Below are positions 8,465 to 16,833 of a DNA stretch of 32,000 bases, piece by piece. This DNA is from an uncultured Erysipelotrichaceae bacterium (GTDB lineage: Bacteria; Bacillota_I; Bacilli_A; Erysipelotrichales; Erysipelotrichaceae). The notes below the pieces were generated by a model. It did no database searches. It was given only the letters and a program-made list of their open reading frames with translations, and was not told the DNA's origin. Every line of letters begins with the position of its first letter. Position 1 is the stretch's first letter. The position numbers and the translations under genes were made by a program. Location: contig OW818668.1 in the NCBI GenBank assembly GCA_942493105.1, forward strand, positions 390,001 to 422,000, in the 5' to 3' direction.

Positions 8465-9292
8465 TTATTTCTCTCGCAAATTTTTCCAAACCAATGCCAT
8501 GACCACTATATATCCGTAATGAAGTATCAGCTGAATCCATTCTGGCTTTGAGTACCAACCTAATGTAACATATAACGGAATACCCAGTACCCCGTCTTTG
8601 TGATTCAGAATCGTTCCTGACAGATCAAAAGCCTTCGTTAAGAGGATATTGTTGGCGCTGATGACCGCCAATGCTTTTAATGCCGATAAACCTTCATGAA
8701 CCGCATATCCAAGCAAGAATCCGGCTTGAAGAATCAAATAGACCAACGTGATATTAAATAACACTCTCAAGTTTACTTTGACAAGCGATTTGTAAATCAA
8801 GACTGACAGGATCAAAGCCAATAAGATCCCAACGCCTATTGAAGCTAAAGTATATTGCCCGGCAAAGGTAAAGATGGCAATCTCTGCGCCTTCTCTAGTG
8901 ACCATGATGAACGCCACGCTGAATAGTCCGGCTTTTGATAAACTCTGTTTAACCTGGCTTTGAACTTCGTTGACCATGTTGCTTCCATGTTTGATCATCC
9001 AATAAATGAATGTTGTCACGAAGATCAGGGCTACGATACTGGCTCCGCTTTCCCAAATCTTTGTAATCTCAGCAGTTTTTTGAATGGCGGAAGAGACCAC
9101 AAATAGAAATCCTCCGATAACTAAGGAAGCTAAGATTCCGGTGAATGCGCCATTGAAGATAATCCGCTTGTATTCATTTTTCTTAATTTGAGTAAGGTAC
9201 TGCAAAATAATCGTAACAATCAAAAATGCCTCAAGCCCTTCTCTAAATCCCATAATAAATCCTGGTATAAATGTGCTCATTTCAATCTCCAT
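8465..9292 (-). CDS. FTR1/EfeU-family (iron/lead transporter family) permease; orphan, with no efeO/efeB partners in the window
   Basis: Two REGxE motifs (REGLEAFLIV and REGAEIAIF) in a 7-TM protein. An alternative start at 9280 (MSTF...) has a better-placed GGAG. Confidence 0.85.
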   Translation of the reverse strand: MEIEMSTFIPGFIMGFREGLEAFLIVTIILQYLTQIKKNEYKRIIFNGAFTGILASLVIGGFLFVVSSAIQKTAEITKIWESGASIVALIFVTTFIYWMIKHGSNMVNEVQSQVKQSLSKAGLFSVAFIMVTREGAEIAIFTFAGQYTLASIGVGILLALILSVLIYKSLVKVNLRVLFNITLVYLILQAGFLLGYAVHEGLSALKALAVISANNILLTKAFDLSGTILNHKDGVLGIPLYVTLGWYSKPEWIQLILHYGYIVVMALVWKNLREK

Positions 9293-9628
9293 TTCTTTCT
9301 AAATAACACAAATCAATATGCAACTTCTCAATTCCCTTAAGGAACTGATATTTTTCAAATGCTATGCTATTATAAAGCATCCATTTATATAAGTGTGTTT
9401 TACTATCTCTCACATCCTTTCAGTCTGTACAACAAGACCAATAAACAAGTAATCATCTGCGAGAATCGCTATTTGCTCTTAAAGACTTTCATTTAGTTAT
9501 AGCGCGTAGATATTATATATTCCGACTAGATACACCCAGTCTTAAAACTTACTCCAAATAGCCCTATAACGACTTATATTTAAGACACAATTAATCGATA
9601 CTCTTGCACCTTTTTCGAAGAAATTTGA

Positions 9629-9663
9629 ATCTCCATATATTCTACATAACTATTCGCTATAGT
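9629..9663 (+). promoter_or_regulatory. direct-repeat (7-4-7) activator box plus -10, promoter P5
   Basis: ATCTCCA (9629-9635), TATA, TTCTACA (9640-9646), 11 nt, TATAGT (9658-9663). Same geometry as four other sites in the window (see findings). Confidence 0.6.
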
Positions 9664-9692
9664 GATGATGTCGAAAGACATGGAGGTTATCA

Positions 9693-9788
9693 ATGCTTGG
9701 TCAAGCACTAGCAAATTGCATTCATACCTGTGGGCTTCACGGGCAAGAATTAGCAGCTTGTATTCAGATGATGCTTAAAGGATTCTAA
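9693..9788 (+). CDS. unannotated 31-aa Cys/His/Met-rich small protein MLGQALANCIHTCGLHGQELAACIQMMLKGF
   Basis: ATG at 9693 with GGAGG (9682-9686) at 6-nt spacing. Promoter P5 lies about 30 nt upstream and a perfect 12-bp terminator hairpin about 100 nt downstream. It is below the ORF-track length cutoff. Confidence 0.5.
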   Translation: MLGQALANCIHTCGLHGQELAACIQMMLKGF

Positions 9789-9891
9789 CAAACTTACTGC
9801 TTCGAATCTTGGTGTAATCTAATTTCTTCATCCCTTCTCCCCCCCTAAATGGTCCTTGAATTAACACAACCAAGATTATTGACTAACTACG

Positions 9892-9922
9892 AAAAAGAGT
9901 TTATGCAGGATAAACTCTTTTT
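9892..9922. terminator. bidirectional terminator hairpin
   Basis: Perfect 12-bp stem aaaaagagttta/taaactcttttt with a 7-nt loop. Confidence 0.7.
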
Positions 9923-9960
9923 CATATTTGAAAGGAATCACTAACATTCTTAATCAATAA

Positions 9961-9987
9961 AAAAGCTAGGATTTGATCCTAGCTTTT
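9961..9987 (-). terminator. terminator of the cueP-copZ-SHOCT operon
   Basis: Perfect 12-bp stem aaaagctaggat/atcctagctttt with a 3-nt loop. On the minus strand it is followed by TTTTTTATT, 8 nt after the stop at 9995. Confidence 0.75.
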
Positions 9988-9994
9988 AGCTTAT

Positions 9995-10642
9995 CTATTT
10001 CAGCACTTCCAACATTCTCGAATATTCTTCTCGTGTGATCTCACCACGTGCATATCTTTGTTTTAGAATATTAAGTGCGTTGTTGTCAGTAGAGATTGTT
10101 TGTTGTTTCGAATTTCGAGTGAGTAGATATACAACCACGCCGACCAGGGCAATTAACCCAAGCAGACCGACGATCATCCAAACCCAACCGAAACCACCCA
10201 TCATGCCTCCATACCCAGGTAAGGTACCAATCTGGTTACTATAATATCCGTAGCCACCCATCATACCTCCATACGCCATCATGCCTCCGGCTCCCATGAA
10301 AGTCATCATCGTGATGGGGATACCAGCCAAATAGTCATATCCAACTCTGATATGAACTGCTGTTAAAGATGCTGAACCATCACCACCTAAGGCAATGTCC
10401 ATTCTGTCGTGAACCGCGGTATTTCCGATAACTTTTTCCATAACTGAATCACCAAGCTCTTCAAGTCGAGCTGAGGTCACTTTCGAGATATCAATTTGAT
10501 CAGTACTGGAAATACTCTGTTCTTGTCTTATTTCTGCAATAATCGTATCAACACTCTTTAGTTGCATGCTATCAGCCTTGACACTGACAATGGTAAACAT
10601 CATTAATCCTAAGACAAACGTAAACGAGACTAATTTCTTCAT
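9995..10642 (-). CDS. secreted/membrane-anchored Gly/Met-rich protein with a C-terminal SHOCT domain
   Basis: Signal peptide; His/Met-containing ectodomain (GNTAVHDRMDIALGGDGS...VHIRVG); GGMM-type repeats (GAGGMMAYGGMMGGYGYY...GYGGMMGGFGW); one TM helix; C-terminal ILKQRYARGEITREEYSRMLEVLK (SHOCT signature). Confidence 0.75.
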   Translation of the reverse strand: MKKLVSFTFVLGLMMFTIVSVKADSMQLKSVDTIIAEIRQEQSISSTDQIDISKVTSARLEELGDSVMEKVIGNTAVHDRMDIALGGDGSASLTAVHIRVGYDYLAGIPITMMTFMGAGGMMAYGGMMGGYGYYSNQIGTLPGYGGMMGGFGWVWMIVGLLGLIALVGVVVYLLTRNSKQQTISTDNNALNILKQRYARGEITREEYSRMLEVLK

Positions 10643-10689
10643 GTTACGCTCCTTTCGAGCTTATCTATCACATGCACAACATACACCTA

Positions 10690-10899
10690 TTAATTAATTG
10701 ATACCACTTTATAGCCCGCTTTTTCAACAGCCAAAGCTAAGACTTTGTTTGCGACATCACTTTTCAAAACAACAATCGCTGTTTTATCACCGATATCTAC
10801 CTTTACATCCATGACCTCTTTAATTCCATAAAGTTGAATATTGACTAGGCCAGCACAATGACTGCAATGCATTCCTTCAATAAAAATCGTCTTTCTCAT
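10690..10899 (-). CDS. copZ: CopZ-like copper chaperone (single HMA domain)
   Basis: 69 aa with a GMHCSHCAG (MxCxxC) motif in a ferredoxin-like HMA pattern. Confidence 0.85.
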   Translation of the reverse strand: MRKTIFIEGMHCSHCAGLVNIQLYGIKEVMDVKVDIGDKTAIVVLKSDVANKVLALAVEKAGYKVVSIN

Positions 10900-10931
10900 T
10901 TTGAATCTCCTTTTGATTCATATCAGCTAAG

Positions 10932-11513
10932 CTATGAAAGCTTTAGTGGGGTTGTTAAGCAGGTATCACTTTTTGCATAAGTTGTAATGGTTTTGGTAAC
11001 AGATAACCCATTATAACTTATGGTCAATGTCGCTTCGATATCCCTAGGCAACCAAATCCCTATGAAACCAGAATTCATGCTCTTTACTTTCTGATCTGTT
11101 ATTACCGTTCCGTCCTTTTTAACAATAGAAACATTGAATTCTTTGTTGAATAGTTCTCCTCGGCAGGACACTAAGTTATGTGTTTGGCAAGGATGAACTT
11201 CATTAATATAAGGCGCGAATGATAGATAAAATTCATTGGTGGGAAGCTTGAAATCGTATTGTTTATCGTTGTCATAAAGAATAAGAGTTGTTCCAGTAAT
11301 GGAAGCATTGAGTCCATCTTTCTCATTGGTTATACTATCGAGCTTATTAACCATATCCTTAACGCTGAGATCAGCAAGACCGTATTTCTTAAGCATTTCT
11401 GCTCTTGCTTCATTTGGAGCAAAAAGTTTTGGCACCAATATGAATGAGGATATCACTATGGCTCCTACTACTGCGACAAATGTAATGGTTTTTTTGAGTG
11501 ATGATTTTATCAT
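10932..11513 (-). CDS. membrane-anchored CueP-family metal-binding protein
   Basis: Start reassigned to MIKSSLKK... at 11513, which has an AAGGAG SD; the ORF-track extension to 11597 runs over the promoter. N-terminal TM helix. Three Cys residues are spaced 8 and 68 residues apart (HPCQTHNLVSC ... SDTCL). As I recall, this matches the C96/C104/C172 spacing of Salmonella CueP. Confidence 0.6.
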   Translation of the reverse strand: MIKSSLKKTITFVAVVGAIVISSFILVPKLFAPNEARAEMLKKYGLADLSVKDMVNKLDSITNEKDGLNASITGTTLILYDNDKQYDFKLPTNEFYLSFAPYINEVHPCQTHNLVSCRGELFNKEFNVSIVKKDGTVITDQKVKSMNSGFIGIWLPRDIEATLTISYNGLSVTKTITTYAKSDTCLTTPLKLS

Positions 11514-11582
11514 TGTTCTCCTTAGATTAAAATCCAGTCGATCATAGTATGATCGTTCAATCCGATCTCTTTCTATATCTCG

Positions 11583-11617
11583 ATTATAGGATCGCAATTT
11601 GTAGAAGTTATGTAGAA
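11583..11617 (-). promoter_or_regulatory. direct-repeat activator box plus -10, promoter P1 (cueP-copZ-SHOCT operon)
   Basis: Minus strand: TTCTACA (11617-11611), TAAC, TTCTACA (11606-11600), 11 nt, TATAAT (11588-11583). No -35 hexamer. Confidence 0.7.
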
Positions 11618-11642
11618 AAAAAGAATCTCAACGCTGAGACTC
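11618..11642 (-). terminator. terminator after the histidine kinase gene
   Basis: Minus strand: GAGTCTCA-gcgt-TGAGATTC followed by a T7 run that merges into the distal TTCTACA repeat of P1. Confidence 0.6.
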
Positions 11643-11647
11643 TTCAA

Positions 11648-13036
11648 TCATTTAGGAAGTATTACGGTAAAAGTACTGCCCGTGCCCACTTCACTTTGAA
11701 CTTCGACATGTCCGCCATGGGCCATCACAATGGATTTGACGATCGTCAATCCGATGCCGGAACCTCCTGTTGCTCTGTTTCTCGATTTATCAGCACGATA
11801 GAAACGCTCGAAGATATAGGGTAATTCATCTTGAGGGATTCCACTTCCATTATCAACAACATCCATAATCACTTCATGGTCCGTTTCCGAGAATTCGATG
11901 TTTATTAAGCCTTTAGGTTGAGTATATTTAATCGAATTGGTCAGCAAGTTGATGATGACTTGGGTCATTCTTGCAGGATCAACATGAACCCTTGAACATG
12001 ACCCATTGATCGACACTTTCATTTCTTTTTCTTTGATTTGATATTCGAGTTTCTCAACTCCTTGTTTTGTTAACTCAACCAAATCGGCATCTGTCTTTTC
12101 CAACTTAAGATTTCCATCTTCAACGATGGCTAAACTTTCTAAATCTTTTACGATATTTGTAATGCGAAGCACCTCATCATAACTGCTTTTAAGCCGTTCA
12201 GGAGAGGGTTCTAGCAGTCCGTCCATCATTGCTTCAATAGTTATTCTGAGCGTTGTGAGGGGGGTACGCAGCTCATGGGCCACATCTGAAGTCAACTGCT
12301 TCTTCAAACTTTCTTGTTTATCCAACGAACCGGCCAGCTGATTCACTGACTCGATCAAATTATCTACTTCAGTGAGCTTTGATTTCTCTTGGATCCTGAT
12401 TTTATAATCGCCTTGAGAGATTTTTTCGGTTGCCAAAATGGTTGTCAAAATGGGCATACTGATTCGTCGAGAGATCAAATAACCCAGGATAAGAGATATC
12501 AATAGCGATACTGCACCAACCAGAAGTAAAATTGAACTTAATTGACTCAAGAAGTCAAAATCGTTATCGGAATAAAAATAGGGTCCAAAATAGGTCACAT
12601 TGACTCTTCCAATTTGTTGCGAAGACAATTCGATGGAATAATCCGTAGCACTGAATTTACCATTACTTCCTGGAAATTTGGATAACATGTTGTGTGTAAT
12701 GTCTTCTTTGATTTGCACGCAGGTCGACATATCCCACACTTCAGCATCCCAGACAGATTTGTTGCTATCATCAAAAACCTTGATGATGTATCCGTCATAA
12801 AGTGCATACATACCAATGGTATGCACATATTCTACATTCCAAGTTTTCGTCTCAGGATTGTACTGTTGTCCCAAACTATAAACGATCTCATTGATGGAGG
12901 CCTGTTGCTGCTTGGTAATGTACTCTTTGAATTGCTGATTGATAAAATAACTGGACAATGAACTGATGATCGCAATCAAAACAAGCGCAACAGCAGCGAT
13001 TGATAATGTAAGTCTTGATCTTAAACTGCCTTTCAT
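11648..13036 (-). CDS. sensor histidine kinase (2 TM, about 130-aa extracytoplasmic loop, HAMP, HisKA, HATPase_c)
   Basis: H-box VAHELRTPLT, N/G boxes (LLTNSIKYT, DNGSGIP, GGSGIGLTIVKSIV), and two hydrophobic helices flanking a large loop. Confidence 0.9.
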   Translation of the reverse strand: MKGSLRSRLTLSIAAVALVLIAIISSLSSYFINQQFKEYITKQQQASINEIVYSLGQQYNPETKTWNVEYVHTIGMYALYDGYIIKVFDDSNKSVWDAEVWDMSTCVQIKEDITHNMLSKFPGSNGKFSATDYSIELSSQQIGRVNVTYFGPYFYSDNDFDFLSQLSSILLLVGAVSLLISLILGYLISRRISMPILTTILATEKISQGDYKIRIQEKSKLTEVDNLIESVNQLAGSLDKQESLKKQLTSDVAHELRTPLTTLRITIEAMMDGLLEPSPERLKSSYDEVLRITNIVKDLESLAIVEDGNLKLEKTDADLVELTKQGVEKLEYQIKEKEMKVSINGSCSRVHVDPARMTQVIINLLTNSIKYTQPKGLINIEFSETDHEVIMDVVDNGSGIPQDELPYIFERFYRADKSRNRATGGSGIGLTIVKSIVMAHGGHVEVQSEVGTGSTFTVILPK

Positions 13037-13735
13037 TTACTGACCTCCAAACTTATATCCGATGCCATGTACGGTGATGATGTAAACTGGATTTCTCGGA
13101 TCTGTTTCGATTTTCTGTCGGATATTTTTGATGTGACTATCAACGGCACGATCATAACCTTCAAAATCTTCGCCTAAAGCAATCTCTATGAGTTCTTCTC
13201 GAGTGAAAGTTTTGTTGGGGAACTTGATGAGCGAGGCGAAAATTCTAAATTCATTAGGTGTAAAGTTTACGGTGTTGAGTTTCTTGGTGACAATTCGGTT
13301 CTCGAAATCAACGACCAAATCTGAATTACCAAAAATACTCTTTTGATAAAGCGGTGTTAAATCATCTTTGGACCGACGCAATACTGCTTCCATTCTTGCG
13401 TTAAGCTCTTTTAAACCAAAAGGTTTGGTGATGTAATCATCTGCTCCATAATCAAGCCCATTAACCAAATCAGCTTCTGTGACTTTTGCTGTCAGCATAA
13501 TAATCGGAATTCTTGATAGTTGCCGGATTTTCATGCAAACTTCTTCCCCTGAAATACCTGGCAACATTAAATCGAGCAAAACCAACGAGATCTGATTCTT
13601 TTTAAACAACTCAAAACCATGTTCACCATTTTCGGCAGTGATTACTTTATATCCCTTAGATTCAAGGAAAGTTTTCACGATCTCAATGATCTTAACCTCA
13701 TCATCAATAATCAAAATGGTTGGCTTTTCGTTCAT
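13037..13735 (-). CDS. OmpR/PhoB-family response regulator
   Basis: Receiver domain (ILIIDDE...DLMLPG...TAK) plus a winged-helix C-terminus (LTPNEFRIF...VHGIGYKF). Its stop abuts the kinase start. Confidence 0.92.
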   Translation of the reverse strand: MNEKPTILIIDDEVKIIEIVKTFLESKGYKVITAENGEHGFELFKKNQISLVLLDLMLPGISGEEVCMKIRQLSRIPIIMLTAKVTEADLVNGLDYGADDYITKPFGLKELNARMEAVLRRSKDDLTPLYQKSIFGNSDLVVDFENRIVTKKLNTVNFTPNEFRIFASLIKFPNKTFTREELIEIALGEDFEGYDRAVDSHIKNIRQKIETDPRNPVYIITVHGIGYKFGGQ

Positions 13736-13793
13736 AAATCAAATGCCTCCTAAAGGGCAAAACCCAAGTCCTTGCGGAATTGGGCTGTAATCT

Positions 13794-14000
13794 TTATGCG
13801 ATGTCGTATCCGGCATCAACAATAGCCAGTTTGATTGAATCTAGTGACAATTTTTCCGCGTCGTATTCAATTTTAACTGTTTTAGCGGATAAATCAACTT
13901 CAACGTCTTTTGACCCTTTAAGAGCCAAGACTGACGTTTTGATGGCATGGACACAATGTGAACAGGACATCCCATTTACACTTAGTATTTCAGTTTTCAT
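13794..14000 (-). CDS. copZ: CopZ-like copper chaperone (single HMA domain)
   Basis: 68 aa with a GMSCSHCVHAIK motif. Confidence 0.85.
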   Translation of the reverse strand: MKTEILSVNGMSCSHCVHAIKTSVLALKGSKDVEVDLSAKTVKIEYDAEKLSLDSIKLAIVDAGYDIA

Positions 14001-14040
14001 TTTATACCTTTCGAGGTCAACTCATGACCTATATTTTTGA

Positions 14041-15427
14041 TTACTCAATGACGTTTACTGAGCTTCTAATCATGCCCATCCAACAGTTGTACGAGAGTTT
14101 TCCAGTTTTGGTTGGAGTAAATTCCAGAACATTATCCCCTTCTTCAAGTTGGTACTGAATTCCCAATGACTTGATTTCAAATCGATAATTACAGCCTGTT
14201 AATTGATCTGTTCCAACATGAATGGTCCATTTTACCGGGACACCTACTTTGACCGTGATGGGTTCATAGCTTCCGTTATATACCTCACTGGTCACTGTTT
14301 GAACACCATTTTCAACAACAGCCGCATTTCCAGAACTACTACCACTCCCAAAGTTGAACAAGTTGCTTACAGAAAAGGACGGTAATTGAATGCCTGAAAC
14401 GGCCATTCCGGTTTGAAACATTGCGAAACCTAAAACGATAACCAACACTGCACTAACTTGCATCATTTTAGCTGTGAACTGTTTACTTAGAAATGAACTT
14501 AATGCACCGAGTCCAAACATCAGCGGAACGGTTCCTAAGCTAAATACCAACATCGACAAGGCGCCTTTAACTGGATCCCCGGTTGATAAGGCATATAGTT
14601 GCATTGCTTGTAAAGGACCACAAGGCATTAAACCGTTCAATAGACCAACATAGAACGGGCGATTCTTACTGACACCTTTCTCTTTACCGATCAATCTGGC
14701 AAAGATCTTAGGCATCCGAGGATTGAATTTTCTTAAGCCTGGAAAAATATTGAGCATGTTGATTCCCATGATAACCATGAAGATACTTGCGCCGATCGCA
14801 ACGATGCCTTTAGCTGGACCAGAGAAACTAACGACTGATCCTAAAGCACCAACTACACCACCAATGATGGTATAAGAAACCACTCTTCCAAGCATTGTAT
14901 AAAATGCTTGGCATGAAGTTGTTTATTCCGCCTTTATCAGTATTTTCAGCTTTTTGTGGGATACACTGCGATAAGTTAATACCACCGCACATGGCGACAC
15001 AATGGACAGAGGTCAAGATTCCAATCACAAACAAAACACCATAACTCATCCCGGCTTTCGCTTCAGGGAATACATTGAAAACATTCAGTAGGCCAAACTT
15101 GTTGGCAATCATGTACAAAATATACAAGATAACAAAGATGGTCAAGATGTCGATCAGTTTCTCTTTTGTGCTGACTGTTTTCGCGCCAGTTAAAGTAGGA
15201 GTATTCGAATTACCTTTCACTTTATAATCTAGGGACTCAATCGCTCTTTTTATTTCACGAAGACTAATGACATCATCATGATAGTTTACTCGAACTGTAT
15301 TGGTTGAATAACTGGCTTTTACGCTGATGATTCCGCCGGTTTTACGAAGTTTGCTTTCTATGCGGTTTTCACAGCCGACACAGGTCATTCCTTCGATTTG
15401 AAGTGTTTTTCTTTCGAACTTTTCCAT
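14041..15427 (-). pseudogene. frameshifted HMA domain + TauE/SafE (DsbD_2-like) membrane domain + C-terminal cupredoxin-like domain protein
   Basis: ORFs 14828-15427 and 14041-14895 are the two halves of one gene. The N-part has GMTCVGCENRIE and TM helices. Its reading ...PSILYN then shifts frame to LGRVVSYTIIGG.... Removing one nt near 14893 (TAC AAT g CTT GGA) restores the family motif YNLGRxxSY. The C-terminus carries a C...YNCWMGM motif. Confidence 0.75.
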
Positions 15428-15507
15428 TTCTTGCCTCCTTACGACACTCGCAAGTTAGCACTTTGAGTGTGATCATTTTACCTAAACAACTAATTTATTT
15501 GCATCTA

Positions 15508-15768
15508 CTAATGGCAACTTGGTTTATCTTGAGATTTGTTTTCAGATACTTGTTCTTCACTATGATGATGGTCCGTTGATCGGTGCATGAGTGGCATCAT
15601 TAGAAAGTGAGAGAGCGGGCATAATAGAAACAACGCATAAGGTAGAAATCTGGTAAGAGAAGCACCTGAGCTTGGAACTATCGCCCACGCCACAAGACCC
15701 AATATCGGAGCTGCAATACATAAAATCATCAACCATTTAGGCATCTTATGCCCACTCTGTTCATTCAT
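15508..15768 (-). CDS. DUF2933-like small membrane protein with a His-rich tail
   Basis: Two TM helices and LLCPLSHFLMMPLMHRSTDHHH, which is CPLxHxxMM-type and typical of small proteins next to cop genes. Confidence 0.65.
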   Translation of the reverse strand: MNEQSGHKMPKWLMILCIAAPILGLVAWAIVPSSGASLTRFLPYALFLLCPLSHFLMMPLMHRSTDHHHSEEQVSENKSQDKPSCH

Positions 15769-15793
15769 AATGTTTCTTTCTTAGTTTACTCAA

Positions 15794-16123
15794 CTAGTTA
15801 CCAATTTGGTGCAATCGTTTTATCGAAACAAACAACTCATCGATGGTTTGATCGTCGATCTCACCTGGTTTATCTTTCAGACAAGTCTGAACATGATTCT
15901 CAAGGATCATTCTTCCTACAGAATACAAGGCAGATTGTACTGCGTTGACTTGAATCAGAATATCATCACAGTACTCTCCTTGGTTTACCATTTTGTTTAT
16001 TCCTCTGATTTGACCTTCGATCTTGCGAAGTCTAAGATCCAGGTCTTCACTTTTACACCGGGAACGACTTACAGCAACTTGTATATTTCTAAGTATCGGT
16101 TCGTCAACTTCGTGCGATTTCAT
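15794..16123 (-). CDS. csoR: CsoR-family copper-sensing repressor
   Basis: RLRKIEGQIRGINKMV...YCDDILIQ...ENHVQTC. This gives the C-H-C ligand pattern of Cu(I)-sensing CsoR/RcnR (DUF156) proteins. Confidence 0.85.
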   Translation of the reverse strand: MKSHEVDEPILRNIQVAVSRSRCKSEDLDLRLRKIEGQIRGINKMVNQGEYCDDILIQVNAVQSALYSVGRMILENHVQTCLKDKPGEIDDQTIDELFVSIKRLHQIGN

Positions 16124-16126
16124 TTT

Positions 16127-16795
16127 CTATTTTAAGTTGAAGGGTTTTAATAGCTTTTCAACTTCTACTTTTTTTCCAGAAGCATCCATGACTTCAACCT
16201 TTGCGAAAATCCATCCTTCGACATTGGCTACATCAACACCTGCATCCGAGAAGACCTTAGGATCAAGAACGAATACAATATCTTTATCATTAGCTGCTAA
16301 ATCTTTAGCCCATTCGAACTTATTGCCATCGCCCAAATCAATACCGTAATGGGCAAGTGCCTCATGATAACCCAAGGTATCTCTGCTCAGTTTTACAAGT
16401 TCCTTGAAAGAGGCTTCCGGTGTAGCTTGGGCGGTTGCTGAGAAATCTTGTTCACCCAATGTTTGACCCACCATAATCATGCCATCGGCAAACATACCTG
16501 CCGGGAGTTTTGTAACATCCAAACCTGCATCAATAAAGGGTTGAGCATCAGTTTCAAGCATGACATCATGAGGTGCTGTTGTCTTAAAATTAGTACTAAA
16601 CAGGAATCGAGATGATCCATCCGGAGCACTTAGTGACCATGCATTCAGTTCTGAATCAGATGTGACATCCGACAATGCTACAACTTCATTGAAGGATGAA
16701 ATCCCATATTTAGCGATAACATCAGTTTGCGTACAAGCCGACAGTGCGGCTAAGACTAAAGCAGAAACTCCAGAAACGATTATAAATTTTTTCAT
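16127..16795 (-). CDS. lipoprotein of unknown function with an internal two-fold duplication
   Basis: Lipobox LSACTQ. The two roughly 95-aa halves align (SSFNEVVALSDVT/ASFKELVKLSRDT; PFIDAGLDVTKLP/VFSDAGVDVANVE). It is tightly packed between copA and csoR. Confidence 0.7.
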   Translation of the reverse strand: MKKFIIVSGVSALVLAALSACTQTDVIAKYGISSFNEVVALSDVTSDSELNAWSLSAPDGSSRFLFSTNFKTTAPHDVMLETDAQPFIDAGLDVTKLPAGMFADGMIMVGQTLGEQDFSATAQATPEASFKELVKLSRDTLGYHEALAHYGIDLGDGNKFEWAKDLAANDKDIVFVLDPKVFSDAGVDVANVEGWIFAKVEVMDASGKKVEVEKLLKPFNLK

Positions 16796-16833
16796 TTTTT
16801 TCCTTTTCTTCCTAGTTATAAGGTTTGAACGAT

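Noticed and set aside
9665-9831. An alternative 37-aa frame (9665-9778, MMSKDMEVIN...) and a convergent 18-aa minus-strand ORF (9775-9831, MKKLDYTKIRSSKFVRIL) next to a C7 tract (9839-9845). Considered as a type I toxin-antitoxin-like or phase-variable pair.
   Set aside because: The 37-aa frame starts at or before the predicted TSS and has no SD. The 18-aa ORF has no promoter evidence. Neither peptide is hydrophobic like a type I toxin, and one C7 tract is not enough to claim phase variation.
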